A DNA stretch of 64,000 bases from Thermoplasmata archaeon (GCA_052326305.1 JBKQPJ010000008.1:28498-92497); one strand, 5' to 3'; positions 48,883 to 59,210 are shown, numbered from the stretch's first letter. Notes: generated by a model not told the origin, from the letters alone. Made by a program: numbers and translations.

Positions 48883-51800
48883 GTGTCCGGTCCGGGAGGC
48901 GTCGGACCCCTACCATCGTCCCGGTTGACCCGGATCCTTCAGGAGAAGGCGGAGGCGCTTCGCAAGAGGCGCCAGACCGCCGAGGTCGCCCTGAAGGAGG
49001 CCGAGGAACGGGTGGGCCAGCTCGATCGCTTGGGGATCTCCCCCGCGGGGGCGGCCGAACGGCTGCAGCAGCTGCACGAGCTCGTCCGCCGGTCGGACTG
49101 GGACCAGGTCGAGACCAGCGCGCAAGCGCTCCTCGCGGAGCTCGCCGCCGCCGTTCCCGGGCTCCTCGAGGAACGTCGCGTCCGCACGGGGGAATCGCTC
49201 GGGCGGCTTACGGGCCTCGGCATCCCCATCCCGCCCGAGCTCGCGACCGAGCTCGAGGCGCTCGCCCGCCCCGCGGCGGGCGGCCCGTGGACCGATTCGC
49301 TCGTCCGCCTGATGAAGGTCGAGGACGGGATCCGCCACGCCGCGACCGCGTACCTCGAGGGCGTACGGGGCCGCGCGATCTCGGTCGCCCGATGGTCCGG
49401 CCTCGGGCCCGAGCGGCTCGCCGAGTTCGAGCGCCTCCTCCCCAACACGGTCGACACCACCCGCGACGACGCCCTCGCCGACGCGGTGACGACGGTCCAG
49501 CGGAACCTCGTCGACGGCCTCCCGGAGGCCGCCGAGCGGCATCGCACGGTGCGGGAGAACGCCGAGCGCCTCCGTGCGACCGCCGAGGAGCTCGGCGCCG
49601 TGACCGGGCCGCTCGACGCCGCCCTCCGGGACGACGCGGCCGCCCCGATCGACCGCTGGCCGGAGACGGTGGCGGCCATCGACGCGGCGATCCCCGAGGT
49701 CGGCGAGGGGCTGCGCGAACGTTCGCGCCAGGTCCTCGAGGGCCTGCGCGGGTCGCTCGGCACGGTCGCCGAGTTCGAGGTCGACGCCGCCGGGGCGGTC
49801 GCCGCGGTCGAGTCCGCGCTCGCCCGGCTCCCGGCCACCGGACCGCTCGAGATCACCGGCCTCCTCGCGGAGGCACGGGCCGCGGCGGAGGAGCCGATCG
49901 TGACGGTCGTCGCGGGGCTCCTCGACGAGGTGCGTCCCCGCATCGCGGGGGCCCGTCGCCTCGGGCGCGACCCGAGCGAGGTGTTCTCGGCGATGAACCG
50001 GGCCCGCGAGGCCCTGCGCCTCAAGATCTACTCCGAGGCGCTCGCCGCCGCCCAGGAGGCCCTCGACCGCGTCAGCGGGCTCACCGAGGACCTCGACGCC
50101 GCCCGCGGGGAGCTCGGCACCCTGCAGGAGATGCTCCTCAAGTTCCGGGCGGCGGGGTTCCCGACCGAGCCGTTCGACGCCCCGGTGGCGCGCGTCCGCG
50201 CGCTCCTCGACCGGGCCGACGTTCCCGCCGCCCGGCAGGCGCTCCAGGAGGCGGTCCACCTCGCCGGCAAGGAGGCGCTCCGCTTCTTCGTCGACCGTTG
50301 GGCAACCCTCGACAAGACCCGCGCGTACGCGCACGAGCACGGGTTCGTCTCCCCCGAGACGGAGCAGGTCCTTGGGGAGGCCCGTGCCCTCCTCGACGCG
50401 GGCGACCTCGGCGGCGCCGCCGAGCTCCTCGCCCGGTTCGAGGTCGAGCTGCGTTCGAGCGCCGGGCCGTACGTCGCCCGGCGCGTCGAGGAGATGGAGA
50501 AGGCGTTCGTCGAGATCACCGACGGCGCCCTGACCGCTCCGGTCCGCCGCCTCCTCGCCGACGCGGACGTCACGCTCCGGGTCAAGCAGGACGTCGTCGG
50601 CTCGGTCGAGAGCCTGCACCGGGCGGAGCGGGAGTTCTCCGCCGTCTTCGGCGCCCACGCCTCCGCCCTCGTCGAGGGCCTCGAGTCGGAGGTCCGCGTC
50701 CTCAGCTCGATGGGCGGGACGAGCGACGAGATCCAGCGGCAGATCGACGAGGTCCAGCAGATCTTCAACATGGGCGATTTCGTCCAGGCGTCCCGCGCGT
50801 CGCAGGAGATCCGGACCCGCGCGCGCCAGCAGCAGCTCCTCCGCTCCGACGAGGCGATCTCCCACGCCAAGCTCGCGCTCGTCGAGCTCGAGCCGATGGG
50901 GCTCGACCTCACCTCCCTCCGCCCGCTCCTCGACGACGCGCAGTCGGCGGCGCGCGAGAACCGCTACCTCGACGCCTACCGCACGGCCACCGAGCTCGAG
51001 GAGGCCGCGGGCCGGGGCCGCGCCGCGGCCCAGACGGTCGTCGAGCGGATCTCCCGGCTCCAGGACCAGCTCGGCCGGCTCCATGCGAGCGGCGCGGACC
51101 CCTCGCCGTTCTACGAGGGGCTCCGCGAGGGGCGCGAGCAGCTGAACGCCCTTCGGTTCGACCGCGCGCGGACCCTGCTCGACGACCTCGACGGGCGCAT
51201 CTCCGCCGAGGCGGCCCGGATCGAGACCGAGCGGCTGCTCGGCGAGGTCGGTCTCCTGGTCGAGGAGGGCCGGCAGCTCGGGGCGCCGGTGGAGCCGATG
51301 GTCCGCCGGCTCGAAGGGCTCCAGACCGAACGGCATACCGCCGCGCCCGAGGCGACCCGCACGGGTTCGGTGCTCCTCCATGACGAGATCCTCGCCGTGC
51401 TGCGTCCGATCCTCGAAGAGAACCTCCGGTCGCTCGAGCGCGACCTCGACATCGCCCGCTCGGCGGGCGTGCCGCTCGACAAGATCGTCCCCCCCCTCGC
51501 CGAGGCCCGCCGGCGCGTGGCGCTTCCGGTGCCGACCGGCGCGGCGGCGCTGATCGACGAGGTCCGCAGCGCCCTGATCAGCACCCGCGGGTTCGTCGAG
51601 CACGCCGAGCGGGCGGCGAAGCGGGTGCACGAGGCGCTCGCCCAGGCGGACCTGTTGCGCGTGGAGGTCGGGGAGCTGCGCGCCCGGGCGGAGCGGTTCG
51701 ACACCTTCCTCGCCGGTCGGGAGTACGTACGGGTCGTCGAGCTCGCGGGCCCGCTCGAGCGGGAGCTGCACCAGGCGACGTACCGTCACGTGTCGAAGAC

Positions 51801-53376
51801 GCTCGCCGGCTTCCAGGCGACGGTCACCCAGCTGCGCCGCGACGGGGCGAACACCTCCGTCGCGGAGAACCTGCTGCACCAGGCCCGGATGTCGCTCGAC
51901 GAGGGCCGGCCCCTCGATTCCATCCAGCTCGCCGCCCGCAGCGAGCGGGAGCTCGAGCGGGCCGACCTGCAGCACAAGCTCGCGGAGGGGTCGATCGAGG
52001 CGGCCGAGCGGGCGATCGCGGGGGCGCTCGCCGAGGGGGCCGTCGCGACCGAGGCCCAGGATTCCCTGCGGAGCGCGAAGTCGTCGTACGTCAAGGGATC
52101 GTACGCCGACGTCTTCGAGCGGATGATCTTCATCTCGGACCTCGTCGCGACGGTGCGGGACGGCCTGCGCCGGGCCCGCGAGGCGATCGCGGTCGCCGAC
52201 CGGCAGCTCACCGAGGCGAAGGGCCTCGGCGCCGAGGCGGCGGACGCCACCGGCGAGCTCGCCGAGGCGCGCCACGAGCTCGACGCCGGCCACTACTCTC
52301 CGTCGGTCCGCCGGGCGCGCGAGGCGACCGAGATGGCCCGCTGGGCGATCGACCGCGCGTTCGCCGCCCCGCTCGGGGAGCTCCGGCGCCAGGTCGACGC
52401 GGTCCGCGCCGAAGGGATGGCGGGAGAGCTCGAGCCGCTCGAGGCGCTCGTCACCGGTGCCGAGGCCGCCGCCCGCGCCCACCAGTGGACCGAGGCGCGC
52501 GGCATGATCCTCCAGGCCGAGGACGCCGCCCGCCGTCTGTTCGAGGAGACGCTCGACGGACGCTGGCGGGAGGTCGAGGCCGACGCGAAGGAGACCGGGC
52601 CGGTGTCGCCCTCGGAGACCGCCCGGCGGGCCGACGTCGCGAGGAAGCTCGGAGAGCTGCGCTCCTCCCGGGACGTCGGGGGGGCCTTGCGCCTCGTGCA
52701 CGAAGAGCTCGAGATCGTCCGCGGCCAGCGTAAGGAGGTCGTTCTGCGCGCGGTCGCCGCGCTGCGCGACCGCCTTTGGGTCGGCGAGCGGCTCGGCGTC
52801 GACACGACGCCGGCGATGCAGACGTTCGGGGAGGCCCGCGCGTCCGCCGAGGCGGGGCGCCTGGGCGAGGCGACCGAGCTCCTGGCCCGGTCCGGTGCGG
52901 CCCTCGCGGAGGCGGTTCGGGGCCCGCTCGCCCGCCGGCGCAAGGAGCTCGCCTCCGAGGTGACGTTCGCCGAGGAGGGGCTCCACGTCAGCGTCGGGTC
53001 GGTGAAGGAGGAGCTGCGCGCCGCCGACGAGCTGCTCGGCGCGGGTCGGCTCCTCGACGGCGGCGCGAAGCTGCTCAAGATCGAGGAGGACCTGAACCTG
53101 CGCAAGTCGCTCCACCGCGAGCTCACGAACCTGCACTTCCTGATCGACGCGGCGCTCGGCCGGGCGGAGGAGCGGCAGATCGACACGTCGCGGGCCCGCG
53201 CGCTCCTCGACGAGTCGCTGCGCCTGCGCCCCGTCGACTACCCGGGGGCCCTCCAGAAAGCGCGCGAGGCGCTGAAGCTCCTGCAGGCCGACGGGGTCGT
53301 GATCGGGGAAACGGCGGCGACGGCCGCTCCCTCCTCGACCCCGTTCTGGCCGTTCCGGCGACCGCCGCCGTCCTGA
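48883..53376 (+). CDS. Very large alpha-helical repeat protein
   Basis: 1497 aa, Ala/Glu/Arg/Leu-rich, recurring LGxD...A...L..G.[YF]..A units; no P-loop or TM helix. Confidence 0.85.
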   Translation: MSGPGGVGPLPSSRLTRILQEKAEALRKRRQTAEVALKEAEERVGQLDRLGISPAGAAERLQQLHELVRRSDWDQVETSAQALLAELAAAVPGLLEERRVRTGESLGRLTGLGIPIPPELATELEALARPAAGGPWTDSLVRLMKVEDGIRHAATAYLEGVRGRAISVARWSGLGPERLAEFERLLPNTVDTTRDDALADAVTTVQRNLVDGLPEAAERHRTVRENAERLRATAEELGAVTGPLDAALRDDAAAPIDRWPETVAAIDAAIPEVGEGLRERSRQVLEGLRGSLGTVAEFEVDAAGAVAAVESALARLPATGPLEITGLLAEARAAAEEPIVTVVAGLLDEVRPRIAGARRLGRDPSEVFSAMNRAREALRLKIYSEALAAAQEALDRVSGLTEDLDAARGELGTLQEMLLKFRAAGFPTEPFDAPVARVRALLDRADVPAARQALQEAVHLAGKEALRFFVDRWATLDKTRAYAHEHGFVSPETEQVLGEARALLDAGDLGGAAELLARFEVELRSSAGPYVARRVEEMEKAFVEITDGALTAPVRRLLADADVTLRVKQDVVGSVESLHRAEREFSAVFGAHASALVEGLESEVRVLSSMGGTSDEIQRQIDEVQQIFNMGDFVQASRASQEIRTRARQQQLLRSDEAISHAKLALVELEPMGLDLTSLRPLLDDAQSAARENRYLDAYRTATELEEAAGRGRAAAQTVVERISRLQDQLGRLHASGADPSPFYEGLREGREQLNALRFDRARTLLDDLDGRISAEAARIETERLLGEVGLLVEEGRQLGAPVEPMVRRLEGLQTERHTAAPEATRTGSVLLHDEILAVLRPILEENLRSLERDLDIARSAGVPLDKIVPPLAEARRRVALPVPTGAAALIDEVRSALISTRGFVEHAERAAKRVHEALAQADLLRVEVGELRARAERFDTFLAGREYVRVVELAGPLERELHQATYRHVSKTLAGFQATVTQLRRDGANTSVAENLLHQARMSLDEGRPLDSIQLAARSERELERADLQHKLAEGSIEAAERAIAGALAEGAVATEAQDSLRSAKSSYVKGSYADVFERMIFISDLVATVRDGLRRAREAIAVADRQLTEAKGLGAEAADATGELAEARHELDAGHYSPSVRRAREATEMARWAIDRAFAAPLGELRRQVDAVRAEGMAGELEPLEALVTGAEAAARAHQWTEARGMILQAEDAARRLFEETLDGRWREVEADAKETGPVSPSETARRADVARKLGELRSSRDVGGALRLVHEELEIVRGQRKEVVLRAVAALRDRLWVGERLGVDTTPAMQTFGEARASAEAGRLGEATELLARSGAALAEAVRGPLARRRKELASEVTFAEEGLHVSVGSVKEELRAADELLGAGRLLDGGAKLLKIEEDLNLRKSLHRELTNLHFLIDAALGRAEERQIDTSRARALLDESLRLRPVDYPGALQKAREALKLLQADGVVIGETAATAAPSSTPFWPFRRPPPS

Positions 53377-53391
53377 GCCCGGCGACCGGGC

Positions 53392-53847
53392 CTACCCGGA
53401 GCCGAACCCGGAGGCCGCGGAGGGCATCGGCATCCCGGGAGGGACCCGGATCGGTCCGAGGGGGAGGCGGTCGTACTCCACGTTGTGGCGCAGCCCCCGG
53501 CGCCGCAACAGCGCGGAGACCTGCTCGGTCACCTGCACGACCTCCTGGCAGCGCGACGGCTTCGCAAAGTAGAACTCGACGCGACGTTCGTCGGTGATCG
53601 GGAAGATCAGGCGGAGCCCGAAGACGTCCTGCCGGTTGTAGCCGACCGGCTTCTTGTCCCGCTTCAGGTCCCGCAGGTTCTCCTCGAGGAGCGCCTCCGG
53701 AGACAGGGGATCGGACTCCTTGACGAACGGCCGGTTCATCTCGACGACGCGGCGGTGGATCTCGGGGTACACGCGGACGAGGTCGCGGAACGAACGTTTC
53801 GGCTCGAGGAGGATGTGGCCGCTGCGCGCCTTCACGGGCGGGGTCAC
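53392..53847 (-). CDS. Hypothetical protein
   Basis: 151-aa ORF with typical codon bias and globular composition. Confidence 0.7.
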   Translation of the reverse strand: MTPPVKARSGHILLEPKRSFRDLVRVYPEIHRRVVEMNRPFVKESDPLSPEALLEENLRDLKRDKKPVGYNRQDVFGLRLIFPITDERRVEFYFAKPSRCQEVVQVTEQVSALLRRRGLRHNVEYDRLPLGPIRVPPGMPMPSAASGFGSG

Positions 53848-53930
53848 ACGCGCACGACGCGGGGCGGGCAGATAGGGTCTTCCGTCGCACGACGCGACGG
53901 GGTTATGGGGGCCGCCCCGCTCGCCCGGCC

Positions 53931-54338
53931 ATGTCCGGAACGCCGCTCCCCGCCCAGGGGTCCCCCATCTACGCCCCCCCCAGCCAGATCCCGGTCGTCA
54001 CGACCCCGTTCCTCCCCGGATACCGCGTGACCCGCGTGATCGGGGTGACGTTCGGCCTGATCGTGCGCTCCCGCGGGCTCGGGCGGAATATCGTCGCCGG
54101 GTTCCGCAGCCTCGCCGGCGGGGAGATCACCGAGTACACCCAGCTCCTCGAGCAGTCGCGCCACGAGGCGATCGCCCGGCTGACCCAGCACGCGCAGAGC
54201 CTGGGCGCGAACGCCGTCCTCTCCGTCGGGTTCGACACCTCCGAGATGAGCGAGATCATGACGGAGATCATGGCGTTCGGGACGGCCGTGGTCGTCGAGC
54301 CGGACCCGTCGCCCGCCCAGCCGGTCAGCCTCCGGTAG
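53931..54338 (+). CDS. YbjQ (UPF0145) family protein
   Basis: VRSRG.GR...AG.....GGEI.EYT.LL..SR.EA..R....A..LGANAV, FGTAV. Confidence 0.93.
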   Translation: MSGTPLPAQGSPIYAPPSQIPVVTTPFLPGYRVTRVIGVTFGLIVRSRGLGRNIVAGFRSLAGGEITEYTQLLEQSRHEAIARLTQHAQSLGANAVLSVGFDTSEMSEIMTEIMAFGTAVVVEPDPSPAQPVSLR

Positions 54339-54572
54339 GTCCTCGGGCCGGGCGAGAGGTTGGGCGGCGGGCGAGGACGCTGGGACCGGAATTGCCGGGG
54401 GGCTCGGTCGGATCGAGACGAGCGCCCCCGGGGGCCCGGGCCACAAGGTCGGTAGACCGCAGCCGGCCGATCGGAGCGATCCCGCTCCAGCGTTCGGTCC
54501 CGGCCCCCCACCGATCCCGCGCCTCTCTCGGGCCGGAGAAGGGATTGGACCCGTTCCACCCCCGAACTCGGC

Positions 54573-54586
54573 AGAAAGGTTGAAAC
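54573..54586 (+). promoter_or_regulatory. BRE/TATA-like promoter of tRNA-Glu
   Basis: AGAAAGGTTGAAAC about 25-40 nt upstream of the tRNA 5' end. Confidence 0.5.
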
Positions 54587-54611
54587 GTCCGCCCCGCTAC
54601 CGAGCGCCGGC

Positions 54612-54713
54612 GCTCCCGTAGTCTAGTGGTCAAGGATAGAGGCCTCTCGAGCCTTTGACGCGGGTTCAAAACCGGGCGGTTAGGGCCGTCCGGGGAAACT
54701 CCCGCCGGGAGCA
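54612..54713 (+). tRNA. tRNA-Glu(CTC) with a 29-nt intron at position 59/60 (54671-54699)
   Basis: Acceptor GCTCCCG/CGGGAGC, anticodon arm GAGGC-CT-CTC-GA-GCCTT, T stem GCGGG/CCCGC; removing the intron restores the TTCAAAT loop. Confidence 0.92.
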
Positions 54714-54740
54714 CTTACCACCGCGGGTAGTGCCACGTTA

Positions 54741-54800
54741 CCTTGGGCCCCCGGAGGCCGACCCGAAGGATCAGCGGGCCTTTCACGAGTCCGGAAACGG
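54741..54800 (+). repeat. Left-arm repeat copy 1
   Basis: 47/60 ungapped identity to 59151-59210. Confidence 0.75.
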
Positions 54801-55117
54801 GTGGATTGGCGAAGCAGGGGTTCCCTCCCTGCTCGTTCGGGGGCATTCCGGTTGCGTCAGAAACCCGCGAACGCCGCTGCTATACTCGGCCAAGGTCGCC
54901 TGTGAGCGCTGGGAGCGTAGCTGAACCTTCCACGCGACCGACAATTCAGCCCGACTGCCCGTGGTAGGTTCTCGCGAGGGGATGTGGACCTCGCCGCGGC
55001 GGAGCACGGTCCGACGGGCTCTGCCTCCCTCCCAATCCTGTTCGAGGTGGCAAGTTCCCAATCACGAAGGTAATGCTAAAGTATAGCACGCTGGTGCGCT
55101 GGCTCGCGGGATAGACG

Positions 55118-56467
55118 ATGCGGGGTCAAATCCGAAGTGCCGAGATCTGGGTCGTAGTCGTTATCGCGGTGATGGTGTGGGCGTCGGCGGGGGTCCTGGG
55201 TCTTGAGGCGGGGCACGCCCTTTCGCGAGGTGCCGTGCACAACCTTCCCTCGGTAGATCGAAAGCTTGGGGCTATCCTCCTGTCGGAGAACGAAGTATCG
55301 AGCCCCTCGGCGAGTCCACGACTCGACCCCGCAGCCGCGCAAGTCTACGCGGGCGAACTCACCAGCCCCAACGCGCAACTAAACGGATTCTTCGGAAGCT
55401 CAGTGGCGATCAGCGGCACGACGGTCGTCGTGGGGGCTTGGGGTGAGTCGGTCTCGGGTCAGAACAATGCGGGCCACGCCTACACGTTCAACGCCAGGAC
55501 GGGCGCCCTGGTCGCGACGCTTACAAGCCCCAACGCTCAGACGGGTGGGCTCTTCGGCCGCTCGGTGGCGATCACCGGCACGACGGTCGTCGTCGGGGCC
55601 CCCCAAGAGACGGTCTCGGGTCAGGGCGATGCGGGCCATGTCTACACGTTCAATGCCAAGACGGGCGCGCTGATCTTGACGCTTACAAGCCCCGACGCGC
55701 AACTCAACGGATTTTTCGGAAGTTCGGTGGCGATTAGCGGCAAGACCGTCGTGGTCGGGGCTTACGGGGAGATGGTCTCGGGTCAGACCGATGCAGGTCA
55801 TGTCTACACGTTCAACGCCAAGACCGGCGCGTTGGTCTTGACGCTCACCAGCCCCGGCACGCAGTCCTACGGTATCTTTGGCGGCTCGGTCGCGATCGGG
55901 GGCACGACGGTCCTCGTCGGGGCCGACGGCGAGACGGTCTCGAGTCTGAGCGGTGCGGGCCATGCCTACACGTTCAACGCCAAGACGGGCGCATTGATCT
56001 TGACGCTCACGAGTCCCAACCCGCAACTCAATGGATACTTCGGCTACTCGGTGGCGATCGGGGGCACTACGCTCGTCGTCGGAGCTGCCGACGAGACGCT
56101 CTCCGGGGGTCTGATCGCTGCGGGCCATGCCTACACGTTCAACGCCAAGACCGGCGCGCCGATCTCGACGCTCGCCAGCCCCAATGCCCAGGTCGACGGG
56201 GCTTTCGGCGGCTTGGTGACGATTAGCGGCAGGACCGTCGTGGTGGGAGCCTACGGCGAGGCATTCTCCGGCCTGAGCCAGTCGGGCCATGCCTACACGT
56301 TCAATGCCAAGACCGGCGGACTGATCTTGACGCTCACCAGCCCCAATGCACAGACTTCAGGAGTCTTCGGCAGCTCGGTGGCGATGAGCGGCAAGACTGT
56401 CGTGATCGGGGCAGATTTTGAGTCGGCCCTGGGTCAGAGCGGCGGGGGACATGTTTACCTGTGGTAG
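55118..56467 (+). CDS. Secreted FG-GAP repeat beta-propeller protein
   Basis: Signal peptide plus seven ~55-aa repeats LTSPNAQ..G.FG.SVAI.G.TVVVGA..E.......AGH.YTFNAKTG. Confidence 0.92.
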   Translation: MRGQIRSAEIWVVVVIAVMVWASAGVLGLEAGHALSRGAVHNLPSVDRKLGAILLSENEVSSPSASPRLDPAAAQVYAGELTSPNAQLNGFFGSSVAISGTTVVVGAWGESVSGQNNAGHAYTFNARTGALVATLTSPNAQTGGLFGRSVAITGTTVVVGAPQETVSGQGDAGHVYTFNAKTGALILTLTSPDAQLNGFFGSSVAISGKTVVVGAYGEMVSGQTDAGHVYTFNAKTGALVLTLTSPGTQSYGIFGGSVAIGGTTVLVGADGETVSSLSGAGHAYTFNAKTGALILTLTSPNPQLNGYFGYSVAIGGTTLVVGAADETLSGGLIAAGHAYTFNAKTGAPISTLASPNAQVDGAFGGLVTISGRTVVVGAYGEAFSGLSQSGHAYTFNAKTGGLILTLTSPNAQTSGVFGSSVAMSGKTVVIGADFESALGQSGGGHVYLW

Positions 56468-56749
56468 GTTGGCTACGAGCGGGGCCCCGAGACATCCGCC
56501 AGATGCGAGGAGACCCGCTTATCGGCGAGGGATATCCGGTCATCCCGACGCGATCGACCTGCGCCTCCATCGCGCCCGAACGGGCCCTTGTCACCAGGGA
56601 GGATCTGCTCGACTTCGGAATTGACAGGTAACGCTTGCCTGGACCACCTGGTGAGACTCTTTCGCAAGGTGTGGTTTGGCGAGCCAATCGATTCGCAGGG
56701 TTCTTCATCAAGACCAATGTCATGGTCCCTCGCCGAGGGGGCTGCTTCG

Positions 56750-57226
56750 ATGACGAAACACTGGCCGGGTCCTACCTACGAAGTGCGAGCGAACTTCAGA
56801 GCTCCGTTGAAGTTTGTGTACCGGTGGTGCACCGATTACACGCCGAAGGACGCGAGGTACGAGTCGGAGCATTACCAACGACGCATCCTACGGCGGTCAG
56901 TTCGTGAGGTAATCTATGAGGATTTGGAGGATACCAAGGAAGGTTGGTATTGGACCCGACACGTGGTTCGCCTCTACCCGCCGAATCGCTGGCACTCCAA
57001 CTCGGTTGGGAGCCACCGGGAGGTCTCCCTGGAGTATCGCCTCTCCCCGCTCCCCGGGGACCGGACCCAGCTAATCCTCACGGCTCGGCGGCGTCCGTCG
57101 GGCGTCGGAGGGAAGAATCCTCCGAAATCGCAATGGGAGCGTTCCATCACGGTGGCATGGAAGAGGTTTGGCCGGGTTCTCGAGCGAGACTATCGGAAGT
57201 CCTCACGGCGGCGCGCACGAACCTAA
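56750..57226 (+). CDS. Hypothetical protein, possible SRPBCC/START-like fold
   Basis: APL.FVY.WCTDY N-terminus, beta strands, C-terminal helix W..F...LE; ATG 56750. Confidence 0.6.
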   Translation: MTKHWPGPTYEVRANFRAPLKFVYRWCTDYTPKDARYESEHYQRRILRRSVREVIYEDLEDTKEGWYWTRHVVRLYPPNRWHSNSVGSHREVSLEYRLSPLPGDRTQLILTARRRPSGVGGKNPPKSQWERSITVAWKRFGRVLERDYRKSSRRRART

Positions 57227-57346
57227 TCGGTACTCACCCGCCGGCGACCTCGATGATCGCTGAGAGGGAGTGAGTTCCAGGTCAGTGCGCCTTTCTGCCC
57301 ATAGGTGTTCGAATCGGGCGGGTTCTCTAAGGGGTAGTCGAAGGGC

Positions 57347-57401
57347 TGGGTTCTCTAACGGTGCGGGATGCCGCCGTTCTCGCACAACGCGTGCGGATCG
57401 C
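57347..57401 (+). repeat. Right-arm repeat copy 1
   Basis: 47/55 ungapped identity to 63366-63420; begins TGGGTTCTCTAACGGTGCGG. Confidence 0.8.
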
Positions 57402-57928
57402 GGTCCTCCCGAGAGCGCGCGCGTCGCCCGCCACTGGTGCGAAGGTGTTCGGGCGTCCGGCTACCTGTCCGTTGAGGAAGGCGGGGCTGCGATCGCAACT
57501 CAGGTCGTTGTGCTTCCCCCCGACACGCCCCTGACGGTCCGAGGCCTTCTGAGGACTACGGACCAATCAATCGGGCTGCCGGTTCAGGTCCCGCCGAAGG
57601 CACTTCTCGATGGGCGTAGGCACAACCCCTTTTGAACCCGAGCGCGAACCGGTTCTTGCTCCGTAACCTGGCCGTGTTCGACTTTTCTCGTACGTATCGA
57701 TCGCCCGTCCACAGACTTTCGAGTTCTGACAGTATCCGCCCCCCACACAATACGGTGATTACGCGTCCTACGCACCAGGTACTCGACAGTGCTCTCCCAT
57801 CCTAGGCCACCCGTGCGACAGACCCGAGGGCGAGGCAACGTCGTACTATTCCAGGAGGCCGCGCCGTCACGATGAGGGTGGCCTCCCTTCTTTTCAGCAG
57901 CGCCGCACCCGTCGGTCCGAAGGGCTAC

Positions 57929-58537
57929 TCAACTTGGAAAAAACTCCGCCACCATTTGGCTGCCCCAGAAATGATTGAGGGAGGCCCCCGCGCCGTCGTC
58001 GACGTTCACATAGAAAGTGTACGAGCCCGCTGCGACGGTATCCGAGAACACCACTGAGGCGGTGAGCTGGTAGTCACCAGTCGGCTGGCTTGAAGGAACG
58101 ACATCCCAGGATGCGGGTTGCGACACAGCGCACGAAGCCGCGGATGTGGCGATAACGAGCTCCACTTCGTCCGAGGTGCCGGAGACGTGGCTGAAGGAGA
58201 GAATGGAGTCGTCAGTCACCAGGATCGTACCTGCCGACGGAACTGTAATGGAGACTAGACCACCTTGTTCGTTTACGCACTGCGACTGATTGAATTCAGT
58301 ACGGGTGAAGGTGTAGGAGCTGGCCATGACGATGCCCGCTCCGGCCGGACCCGTGGCTCCGGTGTGCCCCGAGGCCGTTAGAGCGATACCGAGAGCCGAG
58401 CCCCCGAGGACTAGCGCGACAACTCCGAGAACAATAGGGAGCCTACTAGGGGAGATCGCCCCGAGACTTCGAGGATTGGGTGGCGACACCGGTCGGTCGG
58501 CTGGGATAGGACTGCTCTCGGGCGACGCGGCGGACAT
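57929..58537 (-). CDS. Membrane-anchored surface protein (short Gly-X-Y stretch + beta-sandwich), paralog of 61369-61986
   Basis: Pro/Ser N-tail, TM helix, GHTGATGPAG, ITVPSAGTILV...AGSYTFYV...MVAEFFPS. Confidence 0.75.
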   Translation of the reverse strand: MSAASPESSPIPADRPVSPPNPRSLGAISPSRLPIVLGVVALVLGGSALGIALTASGHTGATGPAGAGIVMASSYTFTRTEFNQSQCVNEQGGLVSITVPSAGTILVTDDSILSFSHVSGTSDEVELVIATSAASCAVSQPASWDVVPSSQPTGDYQLTASVVFSDTVAAGSYTFYVNVDDGAGASLNHFWGSQMVAEFFPS

Positions 58538-59100
58538 GCACGCTCAGCGAAGTCCATACCTTAGACCTTTCGCAAAGGTCAGGGCGAGGGAATTGAGCGC
58601 TCCCTGACCGCCGGGATCATGGTGACCCACGACGAATAGGGCTTAGGTAGACTCAGGTCCTTGCGGGGCCACTCACCTCGCCCATGGATTAGAATCGACG
58701 TGACCCAGAACAACGGGATCTTCTTTCATCCGATTGCAGATTTGCCAAACGCTGCACAGAGGCTGTTGGGTCGAGGATTCAAACCTTTTCGCAAACACGA
58801 AGCCACCCTCGGGACCCCATTGTGATGGAAATCGCGCCCGTCAACGACACTTGTTCGCTCAGGGAGATCGTGACTCCAAAGGCCGAGGCGAGCGTCACGA
58901 ACCCGAAGGGAACCGAACCCCTCGTAGTCAACCCCTTAGGTTGAGACGGGTCGCGAACTTGCGAGCCTGCCGCCGTATTGAATTCGGGCCGGTTGAGTAT
59001 CGGGCGGACCGCTCGCCCACGGGCTCGACCTTTGTCTATGGGACGGGTTCTCTATGGGCCCGGTCCACCGACCCAGCCGAAAAGCTGATGGGGTATGGTC

Positions 59101-59115
59101 CCCCCCGGGAGCACT
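59101..59115 (+). repeat. att-like duplicate of the tRNA-Glu 3' end
   Basis: CCCCCCGGGAGCACT vs CCCGCCGGGAGCACT (54701-54715), 14/15. Confidence 0.65.
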
Positions 59116-59150
59116 CCATTTTGGGGGGAATGCCTACCCCATATCCGCGC

Positions 59151-59210
59151 CCTGAGACCCCCGGGGGCCGACCCGAATGATCGACGGGCTCTCCTCGAGT
59201 TGGGAAACGG
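59151..59210 (+). repeat. Left-arm repeat copy 2
   Basis: 47/60 identity to 54741-54800; follows the att-like duplicate as copy 1 follows the tRNA. Confidence 0.75.

Noticed and set aside
354..53136. Many long antisense or off-frame ORFs (e.g. 354-2483, 4585-7299, 13476-16526, 44856-48560, 48910-53136)
   Set aside because: Shadow ORFs of a high-GC genome: Arg/Gly/Pro-rich and overlapping genes with clear motifs.
58608..58619. CCGCCGGGATCA as another tRNA-Glu att remnant
   Set aside because: An 11/12 match in GC-rich DNA with no accompanying arm; could be chance.
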